Assembly (NCBI GenBank): GCA_951406725.2
Contig: OX597829.1
Coordinates: 58,696,711-58,760,710 of the forward strand
Source: Octopus vulgaris
Taxonomy: Eukaryota
Reading direction: 5' to 3'
Length of the DNA: 64,000 nucleotides
Each line of letters opens with the position of its first letter. Position 1 is the stretch's first letter. The notes beneath the pieces were generated by a model. That model saw only the letters and a program-made list of their open reading frames with translations, made no database searches and was not told the origin of the DNA. Below are positions 1-13,514 of this stretch, piece by piece. Position numbers and translations under genes: made by a program.

Positions 1-72
1 TGGCTTCTCAGACCCCGGTCGAACCGTCCAACCCATGCTAGCATGGAAAACGGACGTTTAACGATGATATGA

Positions 73-137
<65 letters not shown>

Positions 138-385
138 CCAATTAAGGACTGAACACGAAAAAGTGGACAGTCAACATGCTAGATATAGACGTCAAATCGC
201 CATTCTCCACAAAAGATTGGCGATTTGACGTGGTTGGCGTTAGGAAGTGCATCCAGCTGTAGAAACACTGCCAGATCAGACTGGAGACTAGTGCAAGCCT
301 CCTGGCTTCCCAGACCCTGGTCGAACCGTCCCACCCATGCTAGCATGGAAAACGGACGTTAAACGATGATATGATGATGATGATG

Positions 386-416
<31 letters not shown>

Positions 417-571
417 GCACCCACTACACTCTTGGAGTGGTTGGCGTTAGGAAGGGCACCCAGCTGTAGAAACATTCCCAGATAAGACTGGAGCCTGGTG
501 CAGCCTTCTGGCTTCCCAGATCCCTGGTCGAACCGTCCAACCCATGCTAGCATGGAGAACGGACGTTAAAC

Positions 572-639
<68 letters not shown>

Positions 640-1426
640 GCACCCACTACACTCTCGGAGTGGTTGGCGTTAGGAAGGGCATCCAGCTGTAGAAACACTG
701 CCAGATCAGACTGGAGCCTAGTGCAGCCTCCTGGCTTCCCAGATCCCCGGTCGAACCGTCCCACCCATGCTAGCGCGGAAAACGGACGTTAAACGACGAT
801 GATGATGATGATGATGATTACTAGACATATATATATGTAGCGCCCACAACACTCTCGGAGTGGTTGGCATTAGGAAGGGCCTCCGGCTGTAGAAACACTG
901 CCAGATCAGACTGGAGCCTAGTGCAGCCTCCTGGCTTCCCAGATCCCCGGTCGAACCGTCCCACCCATGCTAGCGCGGAAAACGGACGTTAAACGACGAT
1001 GATGATGATGATGATGATTACTAGACATATATATATGTAGCGCCCACTACACTCTCGGAGTGGTTGGCATTAGGAAGGGCATCCGGCTGTAGAAACACTG
1101 CCAGATCAGACTGGAGCGTGGTGCAGCCTCCTGGCTTCCCAGATCCCCGGTCGAACCGTCCCACCCATGCTAGCATGGAAAACGGACGTTAAACGACGAT
1201 GATGATGATGATGATGATGATTACTAGACATATATATATGTAGCGCCCACTACACTCTCGGAGTGGTTGGCATTAGGAAGGGCATCCGGCTGTAGAAACA
1301 CTGCCAGATCAGACTGGAGCGTGGTGCAGCCTCCTGGCTTCTCAGAACCCGGTCGAACCGTCCAACCCATGCTAGCGCGGAAAACGGACGTTAAACGACG
1401 ATGATGATGATGGTGATGATGATGAT
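1..1426 (+). repeat. Tandem array of an RTE-LINE 3'-terminal module (~190-200 bp unit) ending in (GAT)n
   Basis: Repeated cccactacactc...ggttggcgttaggaagggcatccagctgtagaaac...cccatgctagcatggaaaacggacgttaaacgatgatg. The same module is physically joined downstream of RTE RT coding sequence at 32490-33165. Confidence 0.8.
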
Positions 1427-1523
1427 TACCAGACAAACAGGCAAAATCATATCTTTTCACTAATGAGAAAAATAAAATACGGGAATGGTATCGTGGGGTA
1501 TTTATTATTTCAGGTGTAACACC

Positions 1524-1748
1524 TTTACTCCTTTACTTGTTTCAGTCATTTGACTGCGGCCATGCAGGAGCACCGCCTTTTAGTCGAGCAAATCGACCCC
1601 GGGACTTATTCTTTTTGTAAACCCAGTACTTATTCTATCGGTTACCTTTTTGCCGAACCGCTAGGTGACGGGGACATAAACGGGGACACCAGCATCAGTT
1701 GTCAAGTGATGTTGGGGGGGGGGGACAAACACAGACACACACACATAC

Positions 1749-1798
<50 letters not shown>

Positions 1799-2315
1799 GA
1801 CAGGCTTCTTTCAGTTTCCGTCTACCAAATCCACTCACAAAGCTTTGGTCGGCCCGAGGATATAGCAGAAGACACTTGCCCAAGGTGCCACGCAGTGGGA
1901 CTGAACACGGAACCATGTGGTTGGTTAGCAAGCTACTTACCACACAGCCACTCCTGCGCCTATATATATATTTACGACGGGCTTCTCTCAGTTTCCGTCT
2001 ACCAAATCCATTCACAAGGCTTTGGTCGGCCCGGGGCTATAGCAGAAGACATTTGCCCAAGGTATCACGCAGTGGGACTGAACACGGAACCATGTGGTTG
2101 GTTAGCAAGCTACTTACCACACAGCCACTCCTGCGCCTATATACATATATACGATGGGCTTCTTTCAGTTTCCGTCTACCAAATCCACTCACAAGGCTTT
2201 GGTCGGCCAGAGGCTATAGCAGAAGACACTTGCCCAAGGTGCCACGTAGTGGGACTGAACCCGGAACCATGTGGTTGGTAAACAAGCTACTTACCACACA
2301 GCCACTGCTGCGCCT
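1524..2315 (-). mobile_element. tRNA-derived SINE family A (probably the octopus OK-type SINE; name tentative): one full element plus two extra tandem heads
   Basis: Head aggcgcaggagtggctgtgtggtaag with A box and B box ggttcagtccc, internal (TA)n/(TG)n, tail ggcggtgctccagcatggccgcagtcaaatgactgaaacaagtaaaagag. Confidence 0.85.
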
Positions 2316-2396
2316 GTAAATTTGGTGTAATGTAATTAGCTCAGGTGTAAATTAACAACATCAATAATTAAAAGATGAAAAAAAGGGTTTTCTTAC

Positions 2397-2523
2397 GTGC
2401 GTAAACTTCTTCTGATTGGAAGCCCATATCCTAGACTTTTGTTCAATATATTCCTGAGATTGCATATTTGTGGGAATCGTTGGCTGTGTGACAATGTGGC
2501 GAATGTTCTGTCCCCGAGGTGGC
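2397..2523 (-). CDS. KIF26: Next candidate coding exon (127 nt, phase 2 to phase 0) of the KIF26-like gene
   Basis: Acceptor tttttatatttttcAG, donor CAC/GTaaga. It joins the phase-2 end of 14127-14359 in frame: (R)PPRGQNIRHIVTQPTIPTNMQSQEYIEQKSRIWASNQKKFTH. MQSQEYIE..W loosely resembles KIF26B IQAHQYLDGTW (recalled). Implied intron 2524-14126 (11.6 kb). Confidence 0.7.
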
Positions 2524-2599
2524 CTGAAAAATATAAAAATATTTCAATGGAATAGGGTCGTATTTTTATATATGGGTTCAAATACATATAAGTACATAT

Positions 2600-5500
2600 T
2601 CTTCTCCGAGACCCATCAAAAACGTGCTTTTTTTCTATGAAATTCCCTATTTTTTGGTAGCCTTCAACTAACACTATCTCCTCAAAAACCCGGCGGCGCA
2701 AGTTGACCAAATTTGAGAGTATGATAGAAGAAGGCTTGCTCTTCATTCCTTTGGAGATAAAATTCAAATTGGACCATGTTAACACCAAACATTATTTACA
2801 TCGAAAACGTGCTTTTTTTCTATGAAAATCCCTACTTTTTACTATTTATAAAGCTGAAGTTGTCTGTGTATGGCAGGTTTGGTAGCCTTCAACTAACACT
2901 CCCTCCTCCGAGACCCTGCGGGGCAATTTGACCAAAATTGAGAATATGATAGAAGAAGGCTTGCTCTTCATTTCGTAGAAGATAATATTCAAATCGGACC
3001 ATGTTAACACCACAAATTATTTACATCAAAAACGTGCTTTTTTTCTATGAAAATCCCTATTTTTTACTATTTATAAAGCTGAAGTTGTCTGTGTGTGTGT
3101 GGCAGGTTTGGTAGCCTTCAACCAACACTATCTCCACCGAGATCCTGCGGTGCAGGTTGACCAGAATTGAGAGTATGATAGAAGAAGGCTTGCTTTTCAT
3201 TCCACAGAAGATAAAATTCAAATCGGACCATGTTAACAACAAAAAATTATTTACATAAAGAACGTGCTTTTTTCTATGAAAATCCCTATTTTTTACTATT
3301 TATAAAGCTGAAGTTGTCTGTGTATGGCAGGTTTGGTAGCCTTCAACTAACACTCCCTCCTCCGAGACCCTGCGGGGCAATTTGACCAAATTTGAGAATA
3401 TGATAGAAGAAGGCTTGCTCTTCATTCCGTAGGAGATAAAATTCAAATCGGACCATGTTAATACCAAAAATTATTTACATCAAAAACGTGCTTTTTTTCT
3501 ATGAAAATCCCTACTTTTTACTATTTATAAAGCTGAAGTTGTCTGTGTATGGCAGGTTTGGTAGCCTTCAACTAACACTCCCTCCTCCGAGACCCTGCGG
3601 GGCAATTTGACCAAAATTGAGAATATGATAGAAGAAGGCTTGCTCTTCATTCCGTAGAAGATAATATTCAAATCGGACCATGTTAACACCACAAATTATT
3701 TACATCAAAAACGTGCTTTTTTTCTATGAAAATCCCTATTTTTTACTATTTATAAAGCTGAAGTTGTCTGTGTGTGTGTGGCAGGTTTGGTAGCCTTCAA
3801 CTAACACTATCTCCTCCGAGACCCTGCGGTGCAGGTTGACCAGAATTGAGAGTATGATAGAAGAAGTCTGGCTCTTTATTCCGTAGGAGATAAAATTCAA
3901 ATCGGACCATGTTATTAAAATATTTCAATGGAATAGGGTCGTATTTTTATATATGGGTTCAAATACATACAAGTACATATTCTCCTTCGAGACCCTGCGG
4001 TGCAGGTTGACCAAAATTGAGAGTATGATAGAAGAAGGCTTGCCCTTCCTTCCGTAGGAGATAAAATTCAAATCGGACCATGTTATCAAAATATTTCAAT
4101 GGAATAGGGTCGTATTTTTACATATGGGTTCAAATACATACAAGTACATATTCTCCTTCGAGACCCTATGGTGCAAGTTGACCAGAATTGAGAGTATGAT
4201 AGAAGAAGGCTTGCCCTTCCTTCCGTAGGAGATAAAATTCAAATCGGACCATGTTATCAAAATATTTCAATGGAATAGGGTCGTATTTTTATATATGGGT
4301 TCAAATACATATAAGTACATATTCTCCTCCGAGAACTGCGGTGAAAGTTGACCAAAATTGAGAGTATGATAGAAGAAGGCTTGCTCTTCATTCCGCAGGA
4401 GATAAAATTCAAATCGGACCATGTTAATACCAAAAATTATTTACATAAAGAACGTGCTTTTTTCTATGAAAATCCCTATTTTTTACTATTTATAAAGCTG
4501 AAGTTGTCTGTGTGTGTGTGGCAGGTTTGGTAGCCTTCAACTAACACTATCTCCTCCGAGACCCTGCGGTGCAGGTTGACCAAAATTGAGAGTATGATAG
4601 AAGAAGGATTGCTCTTTATTCCGTAGGAGATAAAATTCAAATCGGACCATGTTAACACCAAAAATTATTTACATAAAAAACGTGCTTCTTTTTCTACGAA
4701 AATCCCCACTTTTTTTGTTATTTATAAAGCTGAAGTTGTCTGTGTGTGGCAGGTTTGGTGGCCTTCAACTAACACTATCTCCTCCGAGACCCTGCGGCGC
4801 AAGTTGACCAAAATTGAGAGTATGATAGAAGAAGGCTTGCCCTTCATTCGGTAGGAGATAAAATTCAAATCGGACCATGTTAACACCAAAAATTATTTAC
4901 ATCAAAAACGTGCTTTTTTTCTATGAAAATCCCTATTTTTACTATTTATAAAGCTAAAGTTGTCTGTGTGTGGCAGGTTTGGTAGCCTTCAACTAACACT
5001 ATCTCCTCCGAGACCCTCAGGCGCAAGTTGACCAAAATTGAGAGTATGATAGAAGAAGGCTTGCTCTTCATTCCGTAGAAGATAAAATTCAAATCGGACC
5101 ATGTTAACACCAAAAATTATTTACATAAAAAGGTGCCTTTTTTTTCTGTGGAAAGCCCTATTTGTTTAGGAGTTTTTGACTGCTGTGTCGCCATTTTTTA
5201 GTGTATTTCAACCAGAAAAATGTTCACTTAAAGAGAATAACAAGCTACATAATGCAAAATTTATACTTTTCAAAAATTCTAATTCTAATGGGTCGAAACA
5301 AGCCTGAGCAACGCCGGGCGATACTACTAGTCTATATCTATAAAGCTGAAGTTGTGTGTCTGTGGCAGGTTTGGTAGCCTTCAACTATCTCTATCTCCTC
5401 CGAGATCCTGTGGTGCAAGTTGACCAAAATTGAGAGTATGATAGAAGAAGGCTTGCTCTTCATTCCCTGAATGGACCATGTTAACACCAAAAATTATGTA

Positions 5501-6109
5501 CATCAAAAAGGTGCTTTTTTTTCTATGAAAATACCAATTTTTTTACTGCTGTATCACCATTTTTCGGTGTATTTCAACCAGAAAAATGTTCACTTAAAGA
5601 GAATAACAATCTATAATAATGCAAAATTTATACTTTTCAAAAATTCTAATTCTAATGGGTCGAAACAAACCTGAGCAACGCCGGGCGATACTACTAGTCT
5701 ATACATATATGCGTTTTTTTCTATGAAAAGCCCTAATTTTTAGGACATTTTGACTTCTGTATCACCATTTTTCGGTGTATTTCAACCAGAAAAAATGTTC
5801 ACTTAAAGAGAATAACAAGCTACAGAATGCAAAATTTTTACTTTTCAAAAATTCTAATTCTAAAGGGTCGAAACAAATCCGGGCAACGCCGGGCGATACT
5901 ACTAGTCTATATATATATGCTTTTTTTCTATGAAAAGCCCTAAATTTTAGGACATTTTGACTGCTGTATCACCATTTCTCGGTGTATTTCAACCAGAAAA
6001 ATGTTCACTTAAAGAGAATAACAAGCTACATAATGCAAAATTTTTACTTTTCAAAAATTCTAATTCTAAATGGTCGAAACAAACCCGAGCAACGCCGGGT
6101 GATACTGCC
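2600..6109 (+). mobile_element. Non-autonomous Helitron family 1 expanded as a tandem array/concatemer
   Basis: ~226-bp internal units (tataaagctgaagttgtctgtg...). 3' hairpin cccgagcaacgccggg followed by CTAG at 5327-5330, 5694-5697 and 5902-5905, each directly followed by a new TC start (tctatat...). Confidence 0.8.
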
Positions 6110-6174
6110 TGTTTCTTTGTAAAATCTTTCTCTTCCTCAATAGATTCAGCAAAATAGTCCTTTCTGTTTTTTTA

Positions 6175-6376
6175 CTGTTTTATTTGTTTCAGTCATTTGA
6201 CTGCGGCCATGCTGGAGCACCGCCTTTAGTCGAGCAAATCGACCCCGGGACTTATTCTTTGTAAGCCCAGTACTTTTTCTATCGGTCTCATTTGCCGAAC
6301 CGCTAATTAACAGGGACGTAAACACACCAGCAATGTGTGTCAAGCAATGCTAGGGGGACAAACACAGACATACACA

Positions 6377-6427
<51 letters not shown>

Positions 6428-6596
6428 CACATATACGACAGGCTTCTTTCAGTTTCTCTTTACCAAATCCACTCACAAGGCATTGGTCGGCCCGGGGCTA
6501 TAGCAGAAGACACCTGCCCAAGGTGCCACGCAGTGGGACTGAACCCGGAACCATGTGGTTAGTAAACAAGCTACTAACCACACAGCCACTCCTGCG

Positions 6597-6637
<41 letters not shown>

Positions 6638-6800
6638 GACAGGCTTCTTTTAGTTTCCGTCTACCAAATCCACTCACAAGGCATTGGTCGGCCCGGGGCT
6701 ATAGCAGAAGACACTTGCCCAAGATGCCACGCAGTGGGACTGAACCCGGAACCATGTGGTTGGTAAACAAGCTACTAACCACACAGCCACTCCTGCGCCT
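6175..6800 (-). mobile_element. SINE family A, full element plus one extra head
   Basis: Same consensus as 1524-2315. Confidence 0.85.
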
Positions 6801-7294
6801 ATATAATAAAAAATTTTTACTTTTCAAAAATTATTATTCTAAAGAATCGAAACGAACCCGAGCAACGCCGGGTGATACTGATTATATCTTAGTAAAATCT
6901 TTCTTCCTCAATACAGTCAGCGAAATAGTCCTTCCTTTCATAAAAAAACACACACAACTTAATCAAAAGAAAACCTCAGATAGTTGGGATTGCCAGGGAT
7001 AATTGCAGGTACTTAACATTTTTCATAACGTAGGATAATTGCCAACAATTACAAGGGGCATTTTGTTTATTCATATCTTCTGATTCTATCTTTTATAACG
7101 AGTTTCATCTTTTTTGAGGGTGTTGTTTTGTTTAATTGCCCTGTGGTGTAATATTGTAAGTCTTGGGGGCATACTTGAGAGGTTATGTGGAATGTGTGAG
7201 TGTGTGTGTGAGTAAGTATACATATCAGGCAGTCTTTCTGTATTACATACGCCACTGGCAGGCTTGGATTAAGTTTCATCAAGCGATCTGATAA

Positions 7295-8959
7295 TCTCTA
7301 TATATAAAACTGAGAATGTGTGTCTGTCTGTTTGTGTGGTTCCCTAAAACTTGAGAACTACACAACCAATTTCGTTCAAATTTTACACATGCCTTACTTA
7401 GGGTCCGGGGAGTGTCATCGACAAAAAATATTTTTAACTGTTTGCCTAGGGCGAGCCCACAGCAATATAATATCTTCTCCACTACGATTCCCTAAAACTT
7501 GAGAACTACACAACCAATTCCCTTCAAATTTTACACATGCCTTACTTAGGGTCCGGGGAGTGTCATCGGCAAAAAATATTTTTAACTTTTTGCCTAGGGC
7601 GAGCCCATAGCAATATCATATCTTCTCCACTACGATTCCCTAAAACTTGAGAACTACACAACCAATTTCATTTAAATTTTACACATGCCTTACTTAGGGT
7701 CCGGGGAGAGTCATCGGCAAAAAAATTTTAACATAGGCGCAGGAGTGGCTGTGTGGTAAGTAGCTTTAACTTTTTGCCTAGGGCGAGCCCACAGCAATAT
7801 CATATCTTCTCCTGAGATTGAGTGTCTGTCTGTTTGTGTGTTTCCCTAAAACTTGAGAACTACACAACCAATTTCATTCAAATTTTACAGATGCCTTACT
7901 TAGGGTCCGGGGAGTGTCATCGGCAAAAAAAAATGTTCAACGTCTTGCCTAGAGCGAGCCCATAGCAATATCATATCTTCTCCACTACGATTCCCTAAAA
8001 CGTGAGAACTACACAACCAATTTCGTTCAATTTTTACACATGCCTTACTTAGGGTCCGGATGTGTCATCGGCAAAAAATGTTCAACGTCTTGCCTAGAGC
8101 GAGCCCAGAGCAATATCATATCTTCTCCACTATTTCAGTATTACGTGTTAAAAGTGAAACAAAAATATTTCTCTGTTTTATGTCAGGTAATAATAACAAT
8201 TGAATGATATGTAGTAAGTAATAATTAAATTCAAAGTAAAGTATAATATAATCGTAACATAACAAAAGTACAAATAGCAATTGGTAAAAAAATTGCATCA
8301 ATGATTTGAACTTGAATAAGTGGTTTCACATGAATGGGAATAAATTAAAAATAAAATTAGCGTGCAGAAATGGAATAGTCCAGATGGATAATAAAAAATT
8401 AAATTAAAGAAAAGACTATTGTCTATAAAGTATACAATGTAGAGAGAAAAAAAGATTTGAACACATGGAGGAAAGCACCTTCGAAAAGTGTCTTGGTGCG
8501 ACTATGAAAGATATCTAACCAGAGGCGGTAAATTCGCCACAATAGAAGCAAGGTTCGAGTCAACGGAGCGTGCAAGGGAGTACTCGACTCGAACATTGCA
8601 AAGTGGAAATATTTTATTTTTACCTTTATATCTGGGATGTAGGACGGCCCGGAACGAAATTTTAAATGCTCCCCCCAGAAATAGATGTAGGCTGGATTGT
8701 ATGTAGCCACACTTCTATACAAGAGGGAGGACAAGATACAATTGATCGGAATTACAAGAGACGGGCCTACAATTCCAGTCTGTTATATATTTTGAGTATT
8801 GTTATCACTAGCGATATCAAGATATAACTTTGTATTTTGTATTTTATGTGTAGATGTATATATATATATATAGATGTACATGTAATATGTACACATATAC
8901 ATACACATATATACATGCACTAGCACTATGACCCGGCAAAGACGGGTCTTTAATGCTAG
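7295..8959 (+). mobile_element. Complete non-autonomous Helitron family 2 (~1.67 kb)
   Basis: A|TCTCTATATATAAAA start; subterminal hairpin gacccg-gcaaaga-cgggtc then tttaatgCTAG|T end; inserted between A and T with no TSD; five ~148-bp internal tandem units at 7340-8130. Confidence 0.8.
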
Positions 8960-9173
8960 TTCTATGTAAATGTGTGTGTGTAGTGAGGTACATATACACA
9001 ATTACACACACATACATATACATAATACACGCAACACACACGAGCACACACTCGTATATGTGTTCAAATCAGACTGGAGCCTGGTGCAGCCTCCTGGCTT
9101 CCCAGACCCCTGTTCAACCGTCCAACCCATGCTAGCATGGAAAACGGACGTTAAACAATAACGATGATGATGA

Positions 9174-9220
<47 letters not shown>

Positions 9221-9221
<1 letters not shown>

Positions 9222-9450
9222 TTCTTTACTACCCACAAGGGGCTAAACACAGAGGGGACAAACAAGGACAGACAAAGGGATTAAGTCGACTACATCGACC
9301 CCAGTGCGTAACTGGTACTTAATTTATCGACCCCGAAAGGATGAAAGGCAAAGTCGACCTCGGCGGAATTTGAACTCGGAACGTAACGACAGACGAAATA
9401 CGGCTACGAATTTCGCCCGGCGTGCTAACGTTTCTACCAGCTCGCCGCCT
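9221..9450 (-). mobile_element. tRNA-derived SINE family C
   Basis: Minus strand aggcggcgagctggtagaaacgttag...gagttcaaattcc (B box), core gtcgactttgcctttcatcctttcggggtcgataaattaagtaccag, tail ccccttgtgggtagtaaagaaata; a tail fragment recurs at 14712-14800 (+). Confidence 0.75.
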
Positions 9451-9661
9451 TATATATATATATGTAGCACCCACTACACTATCGGTGTGGTTGGCGTGTT
9501 AGGAAGGGCATCCAGCTGTAGAAACTCTGCCAGACAAGACTGGAGCCTGGTGCAGCCTCCTGGCTTCCCAGACCCCGCTCGAACCGTCCAACCCATGCTA
9601 GAATGGAAAACGGACGTTAAACAATGATGATGATGGTGATGATGATGATGATATATATATA

Positions 9662-10535
9662 TAGGTGCAGGAGTGGCTGTGTGGTATGTAGCTTGCTAAC
9701 CAACCACATGGTTCCGGGTTCAGTCCCACTGCGTGGCGTCTTGGGCAAGTGTCTTCTGCTATAGCCCTGGGCCGACCAATGCCTTGTGAGTGGATTTGGC
9801 AGACGGAAACTGAAAGAAGCCCATCATATATATATATATAGACGCAGGAGTGGCTGTGTGGTAAGTAGCTTGCTAACCAACCACATGGTTCCGGGTTCAG
9901 TCCAACTGCGTGGCACCTTGGGCAAGTGTCTTCTACTATAGCCCTGGGCCGACCAATGCCTTGTGAGTGGATTTGGTAGATGGAAACTGAAAGAAGCCCG
10001 TCGTATATATATATATATGCGTGTGTGCGTTTGTGTGTCTGTGTTTGTCTCCCTAGCATTGCTTGACAACCGATGCTGGTGTGTTTACGTCCCCGTCACT
10101 TAGCGGTTCGGCAAAAGGGACCGATAGAATAAGTACTGGGCTTACAAAGAATAAGTCCCGGGGTCGATTTGCTCAACTAAAAGTCGGTGCTCCAGCATGG
10201 CCGCCGTCAAATGACTGAAACAAGTAAAAGAGTAAAAGAGTATATATATATATATAGAAAGCCTTGTGAGTGGATTTGGTAGACGGAAACTGAAAGAAGC
10301 CCGTCGTATATATGTTTGTGTATGTATTTGTGTGTCTGTGTTTGTCCCCCTAACATTTGACAACCGATGCTGGTGTGTTTACGTCCCCGTAACTTAGTGG
10401 TTTGGCAAAAGAGACCGATAGAATAAGTACTAGGCTTACAAAGAATAACTTCCGGGGTCGATTTGCTCAACTAAAAGTCGGTGCTCCAGCATGGCCGCCG
10501 TCAAAGGAATGAAACAAGTAAAAGAGTAAAAAAGT
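9662..10535 (+). mobile_element. SINE family A cluster (duplicated head, duplicated 3' half)
   Basis: Family A consensus; heads at ~9662 and ~9840, tails at ~10240 and ~10530. Confidence 0.85.
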
Positions 10536-10544
10536 ATAATCAAC

Positions 10545-11715
10545 GTCATCATCGTCGTTTAACGTTCGTTTTCCATGCTAGCATGGGTTAGAGGGTTCGA
10601 CCGGGGATCTGGGAAGCCAGGAGGCTGCACCAGGCTCCAGTCTGATCTGGCAGTGTTTCTACAGCCGGATGCCCTTCCTAATGCCAACCACTCCGAGAGT
10701 GTAGTGGGCGCTACATATATATATGTCTAGTAATCATCATCATCATCATCATCGTCGTTTAACGTTCGTTTTCCATGCTAGCATGGGTTAGAGGGTTCGA
10801 CCGGGGATCTGGGAAGCCAGGAGGCTGCACCAGGCTCCAGTCTGATCTGGCAGTGTTTCTACAGCCGGATGCCCTTCCTAATGCCAACCACTCCGAGAGT
10901 GTAGTGGGCGCTACATATATATATGTCTAGTAATCATCATCATCATCATCATCGTCGTTTAACGTTCGTTTTCCATGCTAGCATGGGTTAGAGGGTTCGA
11001 CCGGGGATCTGGGAAGCCAGGAGGCTGCACCAGGCTCCAGTCTGATCTGGCAGTGTTTCTACAGCCGGATGCCCTTCCTAATGCCAACCACTCCGAGAGT
11101 GTAGTGGGCGCTACATATATATATGTCTAGTAATCATCATCATCATCATCATCGTCGTTTAACGTTCGTTTTCCATGCTAGCATGGGTTAGAGGGTTCGA
11201 CCGGGGATCTGGGAAGCCAGGAGGCTGCACCAGGCTCCAGTCTGATCTGGCAGTGTTTCTACAGCCGGATGCCCTTCCTAATGCCAACCACTCCGAGAGT
11301 GTAGTGGGCGCTACATATATATATGTCTAGTAATCATCATCATCATCATCATCGTCGTTTAACGTTCGTTTTCCATGCTAGCATGGGTTAGAGGGTTCGA
11401 CCGGGGATCTGGGAAGCCAGAAGGCTGCACCAGGCTCCAGTCTGATCTGGCAGTGTTTCTACAGCCGGATGCCCTTCCTAATGCCAACCACTCCGAGAGT
11501 GTAGTGGGCGCTACATATATATATGTCTAGTAATCATCATCATCATCATCATCGTCGTTTAACGTTCGTTTTCCATGCTAGCATGGGTTAGAGGGTTCGA
11601 CCGGGGATCTGGGAAGCCAGAAGGCTGCACCAGGCTCCAGTCTGATCTGGCAGTGTTTCTACAGCTGGATGCCCTTCCTAACATGCCAACCACACCGAGA
11701 GTGTAGTAGGTGCTA
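10545..11715 (-). repeat. Six-copy, nearly identical 200-bp tandem array of the RTE 3' module
   Basis: atcgtcgtttaacgttcgtt recurs at 10551, 10751, 10951, 11151, 11351 and 11551. Confidence 0.9.
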
Positions 11716-11855
11716 CATATATATACACACACACACACGCACGAAGTCTCTTGATTACACACAAGCGCTTTCCTTAATTAATTCCCACCTGGCTGGTTCA
11801 TTATTTACCTTAGCGTTCGTGTTTTATTTTTACACAGAAACATAAATGCGATTCG

Positions 11856-12490
<635 letters not shown>

Positions 12491-12736
12491 AATTATATAG
12501 ATATAAGAGCCGAGAGTGTCGTAGCAGCTGCTAAATCATTCGTGGAACCCTAGGTTTAATTCCTAGTTGTAGACAATCCACTAGTTAATTCTTCAGGGAG
12601 GTCATATTTGCCACAAATTCATCTTCTTCATCATCTGAACTTAAGAGAAGCAGTCTCTCATAAGTAGATACTTTATTTGATCTTGATAAGTCATCTCCAT
12701 GGTTACCTGAGTTTCGTATCATCATCATCATCCATC

Positions 12737-12805
<69 letters not shown>

Positions 12806-12807
<2 letters not shown>

Positions 12808-13001
12808 GGCGTAGGAGTGGCTGTGTTTTAAGTAGCTTGCTTACCAACAACATGGTTCCAGGTTCAATCCCAGTGCGTGGCACCTTGGGCAAGTGTCTTC
12901 TACTGTAGCCTCAGGCCGATGAAATCCTTGTGGCTGGATTCGGTAGACGGAAACTGAAAGAAGCCCGTCATATATACGTATATATATATATATACGATTG
13001 G

Positions 13002-13038
<37 letters not shown>

Positions 13039-13377
13039 CGTAGGAGTGGCTGTGTGGTAAGTAGCTTGCTTACCAACCACATGGTTCCTGGTTCAATCCC
13101 AGTACGTGGCACCTTGGGCAAGTGTCTTCTGCTATAGCCTCGGGCCGACGAAATCCTTGTGGGTGGATTTGGTAGACGGAAACTGAAAAAAGCCTGTCGT
13201 ATATATATATAGGCATAGGAGTGGCTTTTTTTGTAAGTAGCTTGCTAACCAACCACATGGTTCCGGGTTCAGTCCCACTGCGTGGCACCATTGTCAAGTG
13301 TCTTCTACTATAACCTCGGGCCGACCAAAGCCTTGTGAGTGGATTTGTTAGACGGACACTGAAAGAAGCCCGTCGTA

Positions 13378-13378
<1 letters not shown>
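12806..13378 (+). mobile_element. SINE family A, three tandem 5' halves
   Basis: Family A heads separated by (TA)n. Confidence 0.85.
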
Positions 13379-13437
<59 letters not shown>

Positions 13438-13514
13438 TGAGACAGTTGGTGTGTGAAAGCACGTGGTTGAATATATAGAAAATAGTAAAAAGTGAAAAAA
13501 CTACAGAAGGCTTG

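Noticed and set aside
7251-7287. Possible mini-exon DRLMKLNPSLPVA with gtatgt donor
   Set aside because: Weak acceptor, and a stop codon in the frame required by the upstream phase-2 donor.
12540-12605. Hammerhead-like CTGAAGA on the minus strand followed by a hairpin
   Set aside because: No GAAA in position and no stem I partner.
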